From Promethearchaeia archaeon (GTDB taxonomy: Archaea > Asgardarchaeota > Lokiarchaeia > Sigyniarchaeales > SOKP01): 64,000 nt of DNA. Of the stretch, positions 20,901 to 30,501 are shown in pieces; the stretch's first letter is position 1, and each line of letters opens with the position of its first letter. Location: assembly GCA_029856145.1 (NCBI GenBank), contig JAHQWK010000002.1, forward strand, positions 32,001 through 96,000. The letters run 5' to 3'. A model generated the notes under the pieces. The model saw nothing but the letters and a program-made list of their open reading frames with translations. It made no database searches and was not told the origin of the DNA. A program made the position numbers and the translations under genes.

Positions 20901-21605
20901 TATGATGTCAGAAATGCCATTATATTATTAACAATCAGCAAGAGACCGATAACTATGGATTTGAGTGCTACAGGATTATCTGGTAATAGAGTAAATATTG
21001 TTCAGGGGAGATTGATTAATTTTAGTATTATTCTCACTGATGAGACTGATGGAATCCAATCATTAACTGGAGCAAATGTAACATTATGGCTCAATGGAAA
21101 TGATATTTCAGTGGATGAAGTTCTTGGTTCACCTGGGACATATGAATTAATCTTCCCTACTGGCAATATAAATGCCTTCTTTATGCCTCAAACATTAACA
21201 GGTCAAATCACAGTGGAATTAGAAAATTACGAGATAGCTCCAAGATCTATTACAGTTGTAGTAGGAATGACAGAAATTTTCCCTGGATTTCCAATGTTTT
21301 ATTTCTTGCTAATAGTAGGGGCAGTAGTAGCAGTAGCGGGTAGTTTAGCCGCATATCGCATGATTCAAAGAGCTCGAATCCCTACATTTGTGAAAAAAGT
21401 AAGGCAGATGAAAAGTATTATCAAATCCAAAAAGACAATTTCAGATTCGCTTCTATATCCTTCAAAAGAGGAATATATCATAAAGAATTTAAGAGATAAA
21501 TGGGATCAACTTGGATTATCATTAGAAGATATTTTAGGTTTGGAAGAAAAGAAGAAGAAGAGTTTGCCAGAATTTACAGGAGAATATAAAACAGGTGAAG
21601 AATAA
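17931..21605 (+). CDS. large single-pass surface glycoprotein, module 1 (DUF2341-like + variable beta domain + Ig-like repeats + TM + cytoplasmic tail)
   Basis: N-terminal signal/TM, WWNNSWNFRVPVSI, many NxS/T sequons, C-terminal TM then RARIPTFVKK tail. Confidence 0.85.
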   Translation: MIKMNISKNTQIKGLSVLFLITIIPLIFGLLPNSNVNLDNSVESGQNQEPKNLQLGLPPTSYDWWNNSWNFRVPVSIEAVGSQQEAPVELYINFTEYFDDLDIQDSVLNISTIRVIEYFSSSSYYEVESQFDPYLNSYDSQTNAAGDLIWILNGTTPNGQIRDFFIYFNNGTDFKITDPNYDTIRLWHEGFEDYQSGDIVRPIDGQDNYHPTFWEISNSTSARGSSSLRIWGNCWKMSPTGSMPVNSDMRVTAKMRFDDPSIQREISGIGFDNSPNNIPSSANSYNIRGSQSWGAAGGYKFRNQYYAANTFFWYTFIPSTEFSLSPFTHIVYVADDDSWTSLDLYWDDISIWNKPVQTTPNNSIQTTMGDIQPIAYTLKVICKDEDSNRVSNAHIYLTNNNFPSYNQDHETDENGEWTFEGIEKDALYNITANYTQNGLTNPKTATVFSYENYPITQLNNRIIAYLNLAKFNFDIKDKDNDSIQYGFVLLKDGTETVGKTVLSDSGTGSITWVNTTAYDYEAYYDYDSLPDISTYRYSNLLIHNNSIISKDIDVNTEITKTTFNVTDSTVEKVPFTNAKLRFYNTSDYDIEHQIIANVTVDINGLATFISFSNTYGTWGDYTVDIYFGGSEQDFHVVGGPPLVHEHDFILRTENYTQIEIPLNKDLYNSTVNIISYTSNVFWGDDITINFNFTAQYPLGPTPTLVDPDELTIQMYEEQITPYGGDVDILASRISTGVFSYTFNTGDFNLNGDSIYYFRITGNYKSYVFIALDVKFIFIQGLPTGITYYDYSLTELTDQRFSVIFGESVNITVDYFNSYTNASLDGAYITYDWDYGSGILLDDPLHADLYYFEFDSSTTPNSAEYIIDIEATLTNFSTIDDSIIVAIQPRPTTINGTATLFQKSPNIYVFDSVNYLFEYKDALRDITLGNLDVIRYYWNRLDENGDPLSGSGNEGSGFLSSGPNNLYILDFDTELREVGEYSLFVTMQKNNYDVRNAIILLTISKRPITMDLSATGLSGNRVNIVQGRLINFSIILTDETDGIQSLTGANVTLWLNGNDISVDEVLGSPGTYELIFPTGNINAFFMPQTLTGQITVELENYEIAPRSITVVVGMTEIFPGFPMFYFLLIVGAVVAVAGSLAAYRMIQRARIPTFVKKVRQMKSIIKSKKTISDSLLYPSKEEYIIKNLRDKWDQLGLSLEDILGLEEKKKKSLPEFTGEYKTGEE

Positions 21606-22708
21606 TGCCAATTGGATTAGTTGTAATGAGATGGAATGAGAGAGTGGGTACTGAATTACTGAACAAGTATCCTGAAGAAATGGAAATAACAGATAAGACA
21701 CTTATGCAAATATATAGTACTCATGAATACAGTGGAGAATCTGGGTTGGTTAGTTTAATGATTGGATCCTTAAACATTGCTTCTTACTACACAGGCCCAG
21801 AAAATGAATACTATGTAATTCTCCTATTAAATATTGATGAAGATCCAGATTCTTATGAAGAAGGTTTAATAGACGTTTCTCGAATTATTATACAAAATTT
21901 AGATGGCGATGCTTATTTTAAAATGATACCTTCTATTTTTCAAAGATTATCTGTGTATCCTACCCTTAATATTGAACAGAAACTTGCATTCACATATTAC
22001 GATAAGGTTAAACGGATGATTATTAACCGTTTAAGGGAAGATGGTGCTGTATCTAAATCAGAGATTACAATCTGGTTAAAGGATCAGTATAAACAAGGTT
22101 TTCTCAATATAAACGCAGATATAATGGAATTAATTAAACGTGATATAATTAAACAAGTATCTGTAAAAGGAGTTCCTTCAGAATTAATATTTCTGATAAA
22201 CGACATCGTATGTATGCGTGTTCCACCCGTGAAATTAGTGAAAGATCCGTTAGATCGCGGTTTACCTTCTAGACTAGTAGAAAATTATAAAACAGAAGTT
22301 AAAAAATTCTTTCTAGACTATAATCCTACAGAGGCAGATAACTTAAGGGTATTAGATGTTCTTACTAATCCTCAAGCTTATGAAACTCTACGTTTATTAA
22401 GAACTGCAATTGTAACGAGGAATGATCTAGAAAAGCTAAGAAAGAAGGGTATAGACGATCTCGATAATATATTAAAAATGCTTTGGGAAACTCAAATTGT
22501 GCAAATCTTTCGGGATGAAAACGAAAATGAATATTATGCACTTCTTTCTGATTTTTATTTAGATCTGATATTCCCCAAGTATCTAATGAATGTTATAAAA
22601 ATGAATTATATCAAGAAATCAAAAGCCGAACCAGTTCTGATAGAATATCTCACTATACTTGAAGATAGTTATATTAATAGAAAAGCAACAAGAAAATCTA
22701 AAACATAA
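21605..22708 (+). CDS. cytoplasmic longin/uDENN-like + tandem winged-helix protein, module 1 partner
   Basis: TAATG overlap with the upstream gene; WNERVGTELLNKYP motif; paralog of 27753 and 34356. Confidence 0.75.
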   Translation: MPIGLVVMRWNERVGTELLNKYPEEMEITDKTLMQIYSTHEYSGESGLVSLMIGSLNIASYYTGPENEYYVILLLNIDEDPDSYEEGLIDVSRIIIQNLDGDAYFKMIPSIFQRLSVYPTLNIEQKLAFTYYDKVKRMIINRLREDGAVSKSEITIWLKDQYKQGFLNINADIMELIKRDIIKQVSVKGVPSELIFLINDIVCMRVPPVKLVKDPLDRGLPSRLVENYKTEVKKFFLDYNPTEADNLRVLDVLTNPQAYETLRLLRTAIVTRNDLEKLRKKGIDDLDNILKMLWETQIVQIFRDENENEYYALLSDFYLDLIFPKYLMNVIKMNYIKKSKAEPVLIEYLTILEDSYINRKATRKSKT

Positions 22709-22750
22709 AAATTTTTTTCTATTTTTTTATTTTTTTATTTTTTATTCTTT
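22709..22750 (+). terminator. archaeal oligo-T terminator
   Basis: Repeated T runs directly after the stop; similar tracts follow modules 2 and 3 (28866-28910, 35472-35500). Confidence 0.5.
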
Positions 22751-23233
22751 AGAGCTTTTAAATCTTAGAAAAAAGGATGCTTAAATTTTAAATGCCGGTA
22801 CTGGTCCAGAATTTACTGCTATTTATCTAAATGAAATAGGATATAAAATTGTGGCTATTGATATTATTTCAGAATTCTTAAATTATTATAATATAAAAGG
22901 GTTAAATCCTATTGCCTCAGTTATGTGTTTTCCTCCTTTTAAATCAAATATTTTTAATATTATTATCCCTATCTCTGCTTTACAATGGATTTATAGAGAT
23001 ATTAAATATGAAAAAATGCACTTTTTGTTAAAAAGTCTGTCTAAATCTATTATTCAGATTTAAAATCATTCTCTCAAGTGATAATTCAATTTTATCCCTA
23101 GAATAAGGAAATATTGGAAAAAATCGGTAAAATTTTTACAGAAAACACTGCTTTTTATGGAAATTTTATAATAGATAATCCAAATAGACCGAAAAAGTGA
23201 ATGATTTAACTTTTACTAAAAAAGAAGACATAA
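22749..23233 (+). pseudogene. 5'-truncated, decayed copy of the Bud23-like methyltransferase
   Basis: Reads LELLNLRKKDA*ILNAGTGPEF...ISALQW...(frameshift)...IQFYP*NKE...IIDNPNRPKK*; aligns to 17300-17782. Confidence 0.93.
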
Positions 23234-23379
23234 TTTGAGAGTTAGACTTGATATTTTATATAGAACTCTTTTCTATTTTGTATATTAGAACTTATTTATT
23301 TACATAATATTTTATTTAACTTCTCCCATGATATTGTTAAAAATTATATCTAAAAATTTCAAATTAGAATGATGATTTT

Positions 23380-26300
23380 ATGACAATACAAAATAAACAT
23401 AAATATCGATTAAAACAAGCATCATTACTGTTGATAATACTTTTTTTAAGCCTTTTTCCAACATATTTAGCAAATTTTTCTAATTTTACAAACGATATTG
23501 AGAATAACAAGAGTACTGAAACTTTTAATATAGAAAACCTAAATCCTAGTGTTTTAGGTAATGATACTTGGTGGGATACTGATTTTGCTAATCGCCGATT
23601 AATCATTATTACAAATCCTTATGATGCTAAATTTACTGATTTTGGAGTAAGTGCGACGTTTAATTATGCAGAATTGGGTAGTTTAATTCAATCTGATCTA
23701 GATGATATAAGAATCGTAGAGAATGGTGTTTTACGAAAATATTACGTTGTTAAAGATTACCCCTCAACAAATTTAGCTACTGTATGGTTTGACACTAATG
23801 CATCACAATCTACAACTGAAAGAGACACCTATCTTTATTTTGGAAACAGTTTAGCTGGAAATACTGAAGCTAGTACTATGATAGATAGTTTTGGTTGGGT
23901 TAAAAATGGGGATTTTGAATTAGATAATAGTACTGATCAATATTTTGATCCTTATGGATGGACTTTTTCTCATGATCAAGTTGATCAAATTAAAGATATA
24001 AGTGATGCAAGGGAAGCTTCAAATTATTCATTGGACAGCTATATTAATTTTGAAAATAATCTAGTCCATATAGATGATCTTTCTACATCGGCTGAAAGAG
24101 TAGAATCGGGATATTATGCTTATAAGTGGGGAGCTCAGGGTTCCTTGCTCCCTCAAGTAGCATGTAAAGATTATGTAGGAACGTTTTATTCTTATCCCTT
24201 TAAAGTTCCAATAATAGAAGGAGGAGAAATTAGTTTAAATCTTTATCGCAATGTAAGAACCTGGTTTTTCGAAGACCCAGATTCTTCTCTCCCTACAATT
24301 TCTGAAGATGGCTATTTTCTAAGGATGTGTAATGGATCAGATTCAAAATATACAGCTGATGTCGATTTGCATGAAAATATTGGAAGCGGTTATGATAGCT
24401 GGTTGGAAACATATGGAGGATTTGCTTATATTTCACCAAATAAGAAAACATTGAGATATCATGATGAATTAAAGGAACATTTTGAATTAGACCCTGAAAT
24501 ATATACTAGATCAGACACGAGTTCAGATGGAGATTTGACTGGTTCTTTAGAGATTGATGTTACTGATTATATGGGTGAAGAAATATTCATAGAATTTGGC
24601 ACTTGGGGTCCAGAAGATGGCGATGTTCAAACGATAAAATCAGGATTCTTTCAAGTAGATGACGTAAGGTTTAATTACACATTATCAGCAGAAGTTCAAG
24701 AATTACAAGCGCAAGTATCATCAATAGATGTAATTGTAAAAGATATTGATGGAAGGAGTGTTCCTACAGCAGATATAATGATCATTGACAATTCTTATAC
24801 GAAAGGATCACCAAATTATAACGTTGCAAACGGAACAACTATTAACGGGAGAATTACTTTCAGTAATATACCTATTGGTTATTATAATATTACTGCGAAT
24901 TATACGTTAGGTTCTCAGAAAACTGAGGTGTTCAATAGTATTAAATCGGGTATAGGTCCATATTATTTTAACGGAATAAATTATACTGTTAATATCCAAC
25001 TGGATATATGGACTATTGATTTTGAAATAGTAGATTGGGATGGTATTCCATTGAAATATAGTTATATTGAGATTAATGAAAGTCAAGGAGGACCTTTATT
25101 AGATACATTAACACTTGATGATACTGGAAAAGCAACTTTTCGATGGTTAAACAGCTCGAGTTATTATTATAAAGTTTACTATAATAATGACGATTATGGT
25201 AGCAATTTCAGCCCCGTTCCTTTAAATGAAAGTTACATATATCGAAGTGATTATATTCAGGACAATGTGAAATTTAGACATCATACTATAAATGTGAATG
25301 AAACTAGTATAGGGAGCTATTCAGTAAGTGAGCGTTTCTATACAGATGGGTCGCGAACTACATTAGGGAATAAAAAAATAATTGAAGCTAGTATTACTCT
25401 GACGGATATGGAAAATTACATGACAGATATTTCTATTTATTATATAGATAAGGATGACTTAATAGTAGGAAATCGTATTTATTATAAGGAATATATTAGT
25501 TCTAATGTTACAGATGATTTGATTGAACTTGATATTTCTCATATAAATAATGATCATTTAAAAAGTGATAATTATGAAGTATATGGATTATTAGTTGAGG
25601 TTAATGGGTTTAATGCTACACTATGCAATGGTATCGTTAAAGTTGATTTAGTTGAAACTTGTAATGTTTATACAGAAACCCCAATAGCTCGATTAAATAT
25701 TCGATTAACGTACTTTAGCGATATAGATAAAGAATATAAACCATTAAGCGGAACTATTAAAGTGATTGATAATGCTACTGGACAGCCTTTAGTAAACCTT
25801 TCGGCATTTTCAAGTAGGGATGGATACGCCTATGCTCCAAAAAATTCTTATGAAACCCCCTTTTGGTATTTAATCGGGAGGGTATATAATTTTTCAATAG
25901 ATGTTCCTGATAATCCAAATGTGGATTTTAATATTACATATATCGATCCACCGCAATGGATACCCGCACCTGGAGAAAAAATTAAGGAATACAACTATAC
26001 ACTTTATAAAAACTCAACAATCACTTTTAATGTAATACCAGAAACAGTTGTAAATTTTACACAATATGATACATCGTTCAATATGTCTTATAGTACAAGT
26101 GAAGTATTATGGGGAGAAAACATGAATTTCTGGGCAGAATTTTTATTTACCAACGACAACTGGCAAACCTCAGATTATGTCTCAAAACCTCCTGGTAGCT
26201 GCATTTTAACAATAAGATTAGCAGGCTCAGAAGAGATCTTGAGAACCGTAGAGATGGATTATCTTAGTAATGGTAATTATACATTAATCTTTAATTCTGG

Positions 26301-27753
26301 ATTGATTTCAGCTGGAAATGATAGGGAATATTATGATGTTGAAATAAACGGATATCACCCGATATATGACAATCCAACTCCGCTAGTTTATTTAGTAAAA
26401 GTAATAGCAAAACCAACGACAATGAGCGCGCACGATTATGATTCACTTGCGGTAATACCCTCTAAAACATACTTAGTATATTATGACGAACTCATAAATA
26501 TAACAGTTAGATATTCAGAAACTGAATTTGGAACTTCTTTAACTAATGCTCTTCTAAGTTATGAATGGATCGGTCTCAATCCGATTAGTTTCTTTTCTGA
26601 TCCTTTAAATAGTGATTATTATACATTTACAATTAATACGGCAGATGCGCAGAGTACCGGTTTAAAAATAATTAGTATAACAGCCTCTTTTGAAAATTAC
26701 ACTACACAATCAGACTTCTTAGTTTATCTTAATATACTTGATAGAAAAACGACTCTTAATGACCAATCTGAGGACTTATATTACATTAGTTCAAGGGTAT
26801 ATGTCCAAGATCAGAGAAACTTCATTTTCACGTACCAAGACGCCGATACATTTGATATAATTGGGGATTTAGCTATTTCTAATTATGTTTGGGAAGAATT
26901 ATATGATAATGGAACAAAAGTTCCTGGTAGCTTTGGTTCAGGAACTTTAACTCAAAATTTAAACCATAGCTATACTTTAGATTTTAACACGGAATTAAAA
27001 CCAGTTGGATACTATTTCTTGTATGTTACCTTAAAACAAGACAATTATGAACAGAAAAATGCCTTTATTTATTTGGAAATAATGCTGAGAGAATTTTCAG
27101 TTACAATCCAAGAACCTCAGTTAGGGAGTAACAATCAAATTGTTATAGCTCAAGGTAGTGATATTGATTTTGAGATCCACTTATGGGATGATACTAGAGG
27201 AGAAGAACTGCAAAATGCGATTGTTAAATTTAATTTTAGAGGTACAACTTATATATTGGATCCAATTCCAACTGAACCAGGTGCTTACAACACATCAGCA
27301 TTAACCAGAGATATTGATACATTCTTTATGGCACAGACTTTTGTAGGGAAAATTTACATTGAAGCCGCTAATTTTACTAGCCAAGAATTCACAATCACTA
27401 TTACAGTGAAAATGCAGGAGATATGGCCCGGAATGCCAACCTTTTACTTCATTATAATAACAGCCGCGATTGTTGGTGTTGTAGGAAGCGTAGTTGGATA
27501 TAGAGTTATCCAACAAGCAAGAATACCCAAGCATGTTAAAAAGATCAGAAAGGTTAAAGGCTTGATAAAATCCAAAAAGAAAATCACTGAATCATTTTCG
27601 GTATCAACTAAAGAACTAATGATGGTAAAAATATTTGGAGATGATTGGAAGGAAATTGGGCTCTCAATCGAAGAAGCATTAGGAATAGCCGACCTAAAAA
27701 AGAAATCTTCATTAAAAGATAAAATAACAACGGAAAGAGGTGAAAACGAGTAA
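23380..27753 (+). CDS. large single-pass surface glycoprotein, module 2
   Basis: Signal/TM, WWDTDFANRRLIII DUF2341-like start, GWVKNGDFE CBM-like insert, TM then QARIPKHVKK tail. Confidence 0.85.
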   Translation: MTIQNKHKYRLKQASLLLIILFLSLFPTYLANFSNFTNDIENNKSTETFNIENLNPSVLGNDTWWDTDFANRRLIIITNPYDAKFTDFGVSATFNYAELGSLIQSDLDDIRIVENGVLRKYYVVKDYPSTNLATVWFDTNASQSTTERDTYLYFGNSLAGNTEASTMIDSFGWVKNGDFELDNSTDQYFDPYGWTFSHDQVDQIKDISDAREASNYSLDSYINFENNLVHIDDLSTSAERVESGYYAYKWGAQGSLLPQVACKDYVGTFYSYPFKVPIIEGGEISLNLYRNVRTWFFEDPDSSLPTISEDGYFLRMCNGSDSKYTADVDLHENIGSGYDSWLETYGGFAYISPNKKTLRYHDELKEHFELDPEIYTRSDTSSDGDLTGSLEIDVTDYMGEEIFIEFGTWGPEDGDVQTIKSGFFQVDDVRFNYTLSAEVQELQAQVSSIDVIVKDIDGRSVPTADIMIIDNSYTKGSPNYNVANGTTINGRITFSNIPIGYYNITANYTLGSQKTEVFNSIKSGIGPYYFNGINYTVNIQLDIWTIDFEIVDWDGIPLKYSYIEINESQGGPLLDTLTLDDTGKATFRWLNSSSYYYKVYYNNDDYGSNFSPVPLNESYIYRSDYIQDNVKFRHHTINVNETSIGSYSVSERFYTDGSRTTLGNKKIIEASITLTDMENYMTDISIYYIDKDDLIVGNRIYYKEYISSNVTDDLIELDISHINNDHLKSDNYEVYGLLVEVNGFNATLCNGIVKVDLVETCNVYTETPIARLNIRLTYFSDIDKEYKPLSGTIKVIDNATGQPLVNLSAFSSRDGYAYAPKNSYETPFWYLIGRVYNFSIDVPDNPNVDFNITYIDPPQWIPAPGEKIKEYNYTLYKNSTITFNVIPETVVNFTQYDTSFNMSYSTSEVLWGENMNFWAEFLFTNDNWQTSDYVSKPPGSCILTIRLAGSEEILRTVEMDYLSNGNYTLIFNSGLISAGNDREYYDVEINGYHPIYDNPTPLVYLVKVIAKPTTMSAHDYDSLAVIPSKTYLVYYDELINITVRYSETEFGTSLTNALLSYEWIGLNPISFFSDPLNSDYYTFTINTADAQSTGLKIISITASFENYTTQSDFLVYLNILDRKTTLNDQSEDLYYISSRVYVQDQRNFIFTYQDADTFDIIGDLAISNYVWEELYDNGTKVPGSFGSGTLTQNLNHSYTLDFNTELKPVGYYFLYVTLKQDNYEQKNAFIYLEIMLREFSVTIQEPQLGSNNQIVIAQGSDIDFEIHLWDDTRGEELQNAIVKFNFRGTTYILDPIPTEPGAYNTSALTRDIDTFFMAQTFVGKIYIEAANFTSQEFTITITVKMQEIWPGMPTFYFIIITAAIVGVVGSVVGYRVIQQARIPKHVKKIRKVKGLIKSKKKITESFSVSTKELMMVKIFGDDWKEIGLSIEEALGIADLKKKSSLKDKITTERGENE

Positions 27754-28865
27754 TGCCTATAGGATTAGTCATAATGAGGTGGGATATAAAAGTAAGTACA
27801 GAAATCCTTGCTAAATATCCTGAGGAACTTATTATTAGTGATGAGACTTTAATGCAAATCTATGCAGCACATGAATATACAGGAGAACCAGGCATGATAA
27901 GTTTATTAGTTGGACCTTTAAATATCGCTTCATATTACACAGGACGAGAAAAACCACTTTATATCATCTTACTGTTGAATTTAGATGAAGATGCTGATAC
28001 CTATGAAGGAGGTTTATCAGACATTTCACGGGTAATATTCCAAAATTATGAAGATAATGCCTATCTGGAGATGATTCCGTTTCTATTCCAACGTTTATCT
28101 ATATATCCTCATTTGAATGAAGAACAAAGTTTAGCCGTCACCTTTTCAGATAATGTAAATCGATTGATAATAGAGAGATTAAGAGAAGAGGGGGTTATTA
28201 CTAAATCAGAATTAAAGATATGGTTAAAAGATAGATATAGAGAGGGCTTTTTTGATGTTGATGCAATTTTAATGGAATTAATTAAAAAAGAAATAGTAAA
28301 AGAAACATCAGTAAAAGGAATGCCTTCTGAATTAATCTTTCTTATTAACGATCTTTTCATGATAAGAAGACCTCCAATTAAACTACTCAAAAATCCTGTA
28401 GAACGTGGACTTCCGGAGAGATTTCTCGAGGAATACAATGTTGCAGTAAGAAAATTCTTCCAAAAGTATCGTCCCTCAGAAGAAGATAATATTAAAATTT
28501 TAGATGAAGTTATTGGAGACCCCCAAGTCTATGAAATTCTGAAACTTCTAAGAATTTCAATTGTTACTAAAAATGTATTGGAGAAACTCCGTAAAAAAGG
28601 TGTCGATGATATAGATGGAGGCTTAAAGAAATTATGGGAAAATCAAATGATTCATGTATTTCAAGATAGTAAAGGAAATGAGTACTATGCTTTAATTTCT
28701 GACTTTCATAATTCAATAGTTTATCCTAAATACATGTTAAATACGATTATTTATCAATATAGAGTAAAATCAAAATCAAATAGTGTTTTGATCGAATATC
28801 TAAATGTTCTTGATGATAATTATCGATCTATAAAATTTAAAGCTGAAGTACAGGAAGAAGAATAA
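27753..28865 (+). CDS. cytoplasmic longin/uDENN-like + winged-helix protein, module 2 partner
   Basis: TAATG overlap; MPIGLVIMRW...KYP; paralog of the other two partners. Confidence 0.75.
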   Translation: MPIGLVIMRWDIKVSTEILAKYPEELIISDETLMQIYAAHEYTGEPGMISLLVGPLNIASYYTGREKPLYIILLLNLDEDADTYEGGLSDISRVIFQNYEDNAYLEMIPFLFQRLSIYPHLNEEQSLAVTFSDNVNRLIIERLREEGVITKSELKIWLKDRYREGFFDVDAILMELIKKEIVKETSVKGMPSELIFLINDLFMIRRPPIKLLKNPVERGLPERFLEEYNVAVRKFFQKYRPSEEDNIKILDEVIGDPQVYEILKLLRISIVTKNVLEKLRKKGVDDIDGGLKKLWENQMIHVFQDSKGNEYYALISDFHNSIVYPKYMLNTIIYQYRVKSKSNSVLIEYLNVLDDNYRSIKFKAEVQEEE

Positions 28866-28932
28866 AATTTAATACTTTTTTTTATATTTTTATCAATATT
28901 TTTTTTAAATAAAATAATTATAATAATTTCTA

Positions 28933-29970
28933 TTAATTAGTTAAATAACCTTTCAATTTATTTGCTTTTTCATGAAATTCCTTATAGAGATTATCGTCCC
29001 CTAATTCAAGGCATAAATCAGAAATTTTTTCAAAATACTCAGCGGTTTGGGCAATATCTCCATTTTCTAAACTAAGTTTTGCTTGATGGATTAGTTGATC
29101 TCTTTCGAATAAAGGTTTTAATAACGGTGAGGCATCAGTACTAACCTCTAGGATATCTGCTATAATTTGAATCATCTTTTCTCGATTATCCGGTTCAATT
29201 GCAACCATTGAATATGTTTTCAAACCAAGTATTTCTTCAATTTTTTGCACATTTAAGGCATCAGTTAAATCTTGTTTGTTCCCTATTATAGCAGTGTGGG
29301 CATGGGGGGCATGTTCCTTTACTAATTCAATAAAAAATTTACTTTTTTCTACATTTTCCAATGTAGAGTCTGTAATGATAAGAACAGCATCACTACCAAG
29401 AATAAACTCATTCCATAGGTAGCTAAATTGTTCTTGTCCAGCAAAATCCCATAAGTGAAAATATAATTTTCCAATTTTAATAGTTGAAATTTTTCCTGTA
29501 ATAGTAGGAATATGTACGGATGGGATCTCAGTAGCACATATTAGTTTCGTAGTAGTTGTTTTTCCAACACCTGAAAATCCTACTAAAGAAATCTTTGTCT
29601 TAAGATTTCTATGAATGGAATCTATTATTGGATCAAGTAATTCCATAAGAGATGTATCTAAATTATCTAAAGCATCACCAAATGTATCTAAAAATTCGCT
29701 TTGAAGATTTGCTAGTTCGCGTTTAGTTCGTGAGAGTTCGTCATTAATATCAGTTATAAACATAAACGTTAATTTTAAATCCTCTTCTAATGCAAAAACT
29801 AATTTGTATTTAATATAATCATAGCTGTTAAGTTCTATCCCTGTACCTTTTGTAGATACTTCGATTATCTCCTGATAAAGTTTATTAAAATCCTCCTCAT
29901 ATATTCCTTTGCCGAAGTTCTTATTGTATATTATTTTTTCATCCTTTAAAATATAAACTTGCCTTAACAT
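28933..29970 (-). CDS. longin-domain small GTPase (Arf/Rab-like) with C-terminal helical extension
   Basis: N-terminal ~120 aa longin-like domain; GFSGVGKTT, PT, WDFAGQ, NKQD. Confidence 0.88.
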   Translation of the reverse strand: MLRQVYILKDEKIIYNKNFGKGIYEEDFNKLYQEIIEVSTKGTGIELNSYDYIKYKLVFALEEDLKLTFMFITDINDELSRTKRELANLQSEFLDTFGDALDNLDTSLMELLDPIIDSIHRNLKTKISLVGFSGVGKTTTTKLICATEIPSVHIPTITGKISTIKIGKLYFHLWDFAGQEQFSYLWNEFILGSDAVLIITDSTLENVEKSKFFIELVKEHAPHAHTAIIGNKQDLTDALNVQKIEEILGLKTYSMVAIEPDNREKMIQIIADILEVSTDASPLLKPLFERDQLIHQAKLSLENGDIAQTAEYFEKISDLCLELGDDNLYKEFHEKANKLKGYLTN

Positions 29971-30501
29971 ATTTCCCCGTCTAATTCTTATAAAATTTTA
30001 AAAATAAAGAAGTCAATTTATCTTTTTTTAAAGTTACAAATATAACTTTACTATTTTTCTTTGATTCTACAATCTAAATTTAAATATTTAAATTTTGAGA
30101 AATTGAAAAATATGAAAGGCATAAGATAGAATTATTGAAATTATATTTAAACTCAAAAAAAAGAAATAGATGAATGGTTGCATTATTTACATGCATTTTA
30201 CAACTGGGTATATCATTTCATGGCAAAATTTTGATTTTATTTCCATTTATTCTAATAAAATCTTATTTGAAAAAAGAATCGTTTAAGTGTTAACAAACTT
30301 TTCGAAAATAAATCATTTATTTCAAATTATGTACACTCTAACTTATGTCTTAAAAATTTGTTGTAAAACTATCAAGAATATATCGTGGTGTTACTCATAA
30401 ATAAAAAGTTAAATAGGAAAATTTGTATAATAAATGATAAAAAACTCTTTTTTTAAAAAATTTAAAATAAAAACAATCTAATAAATAAATTGATAATAAA
30501 C

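Noticed and set aside
22851-23063. 70 aa ORF as a real gene
   Set aside because: It is an internal stop-to-stop piece of the bud23 pseudogene.
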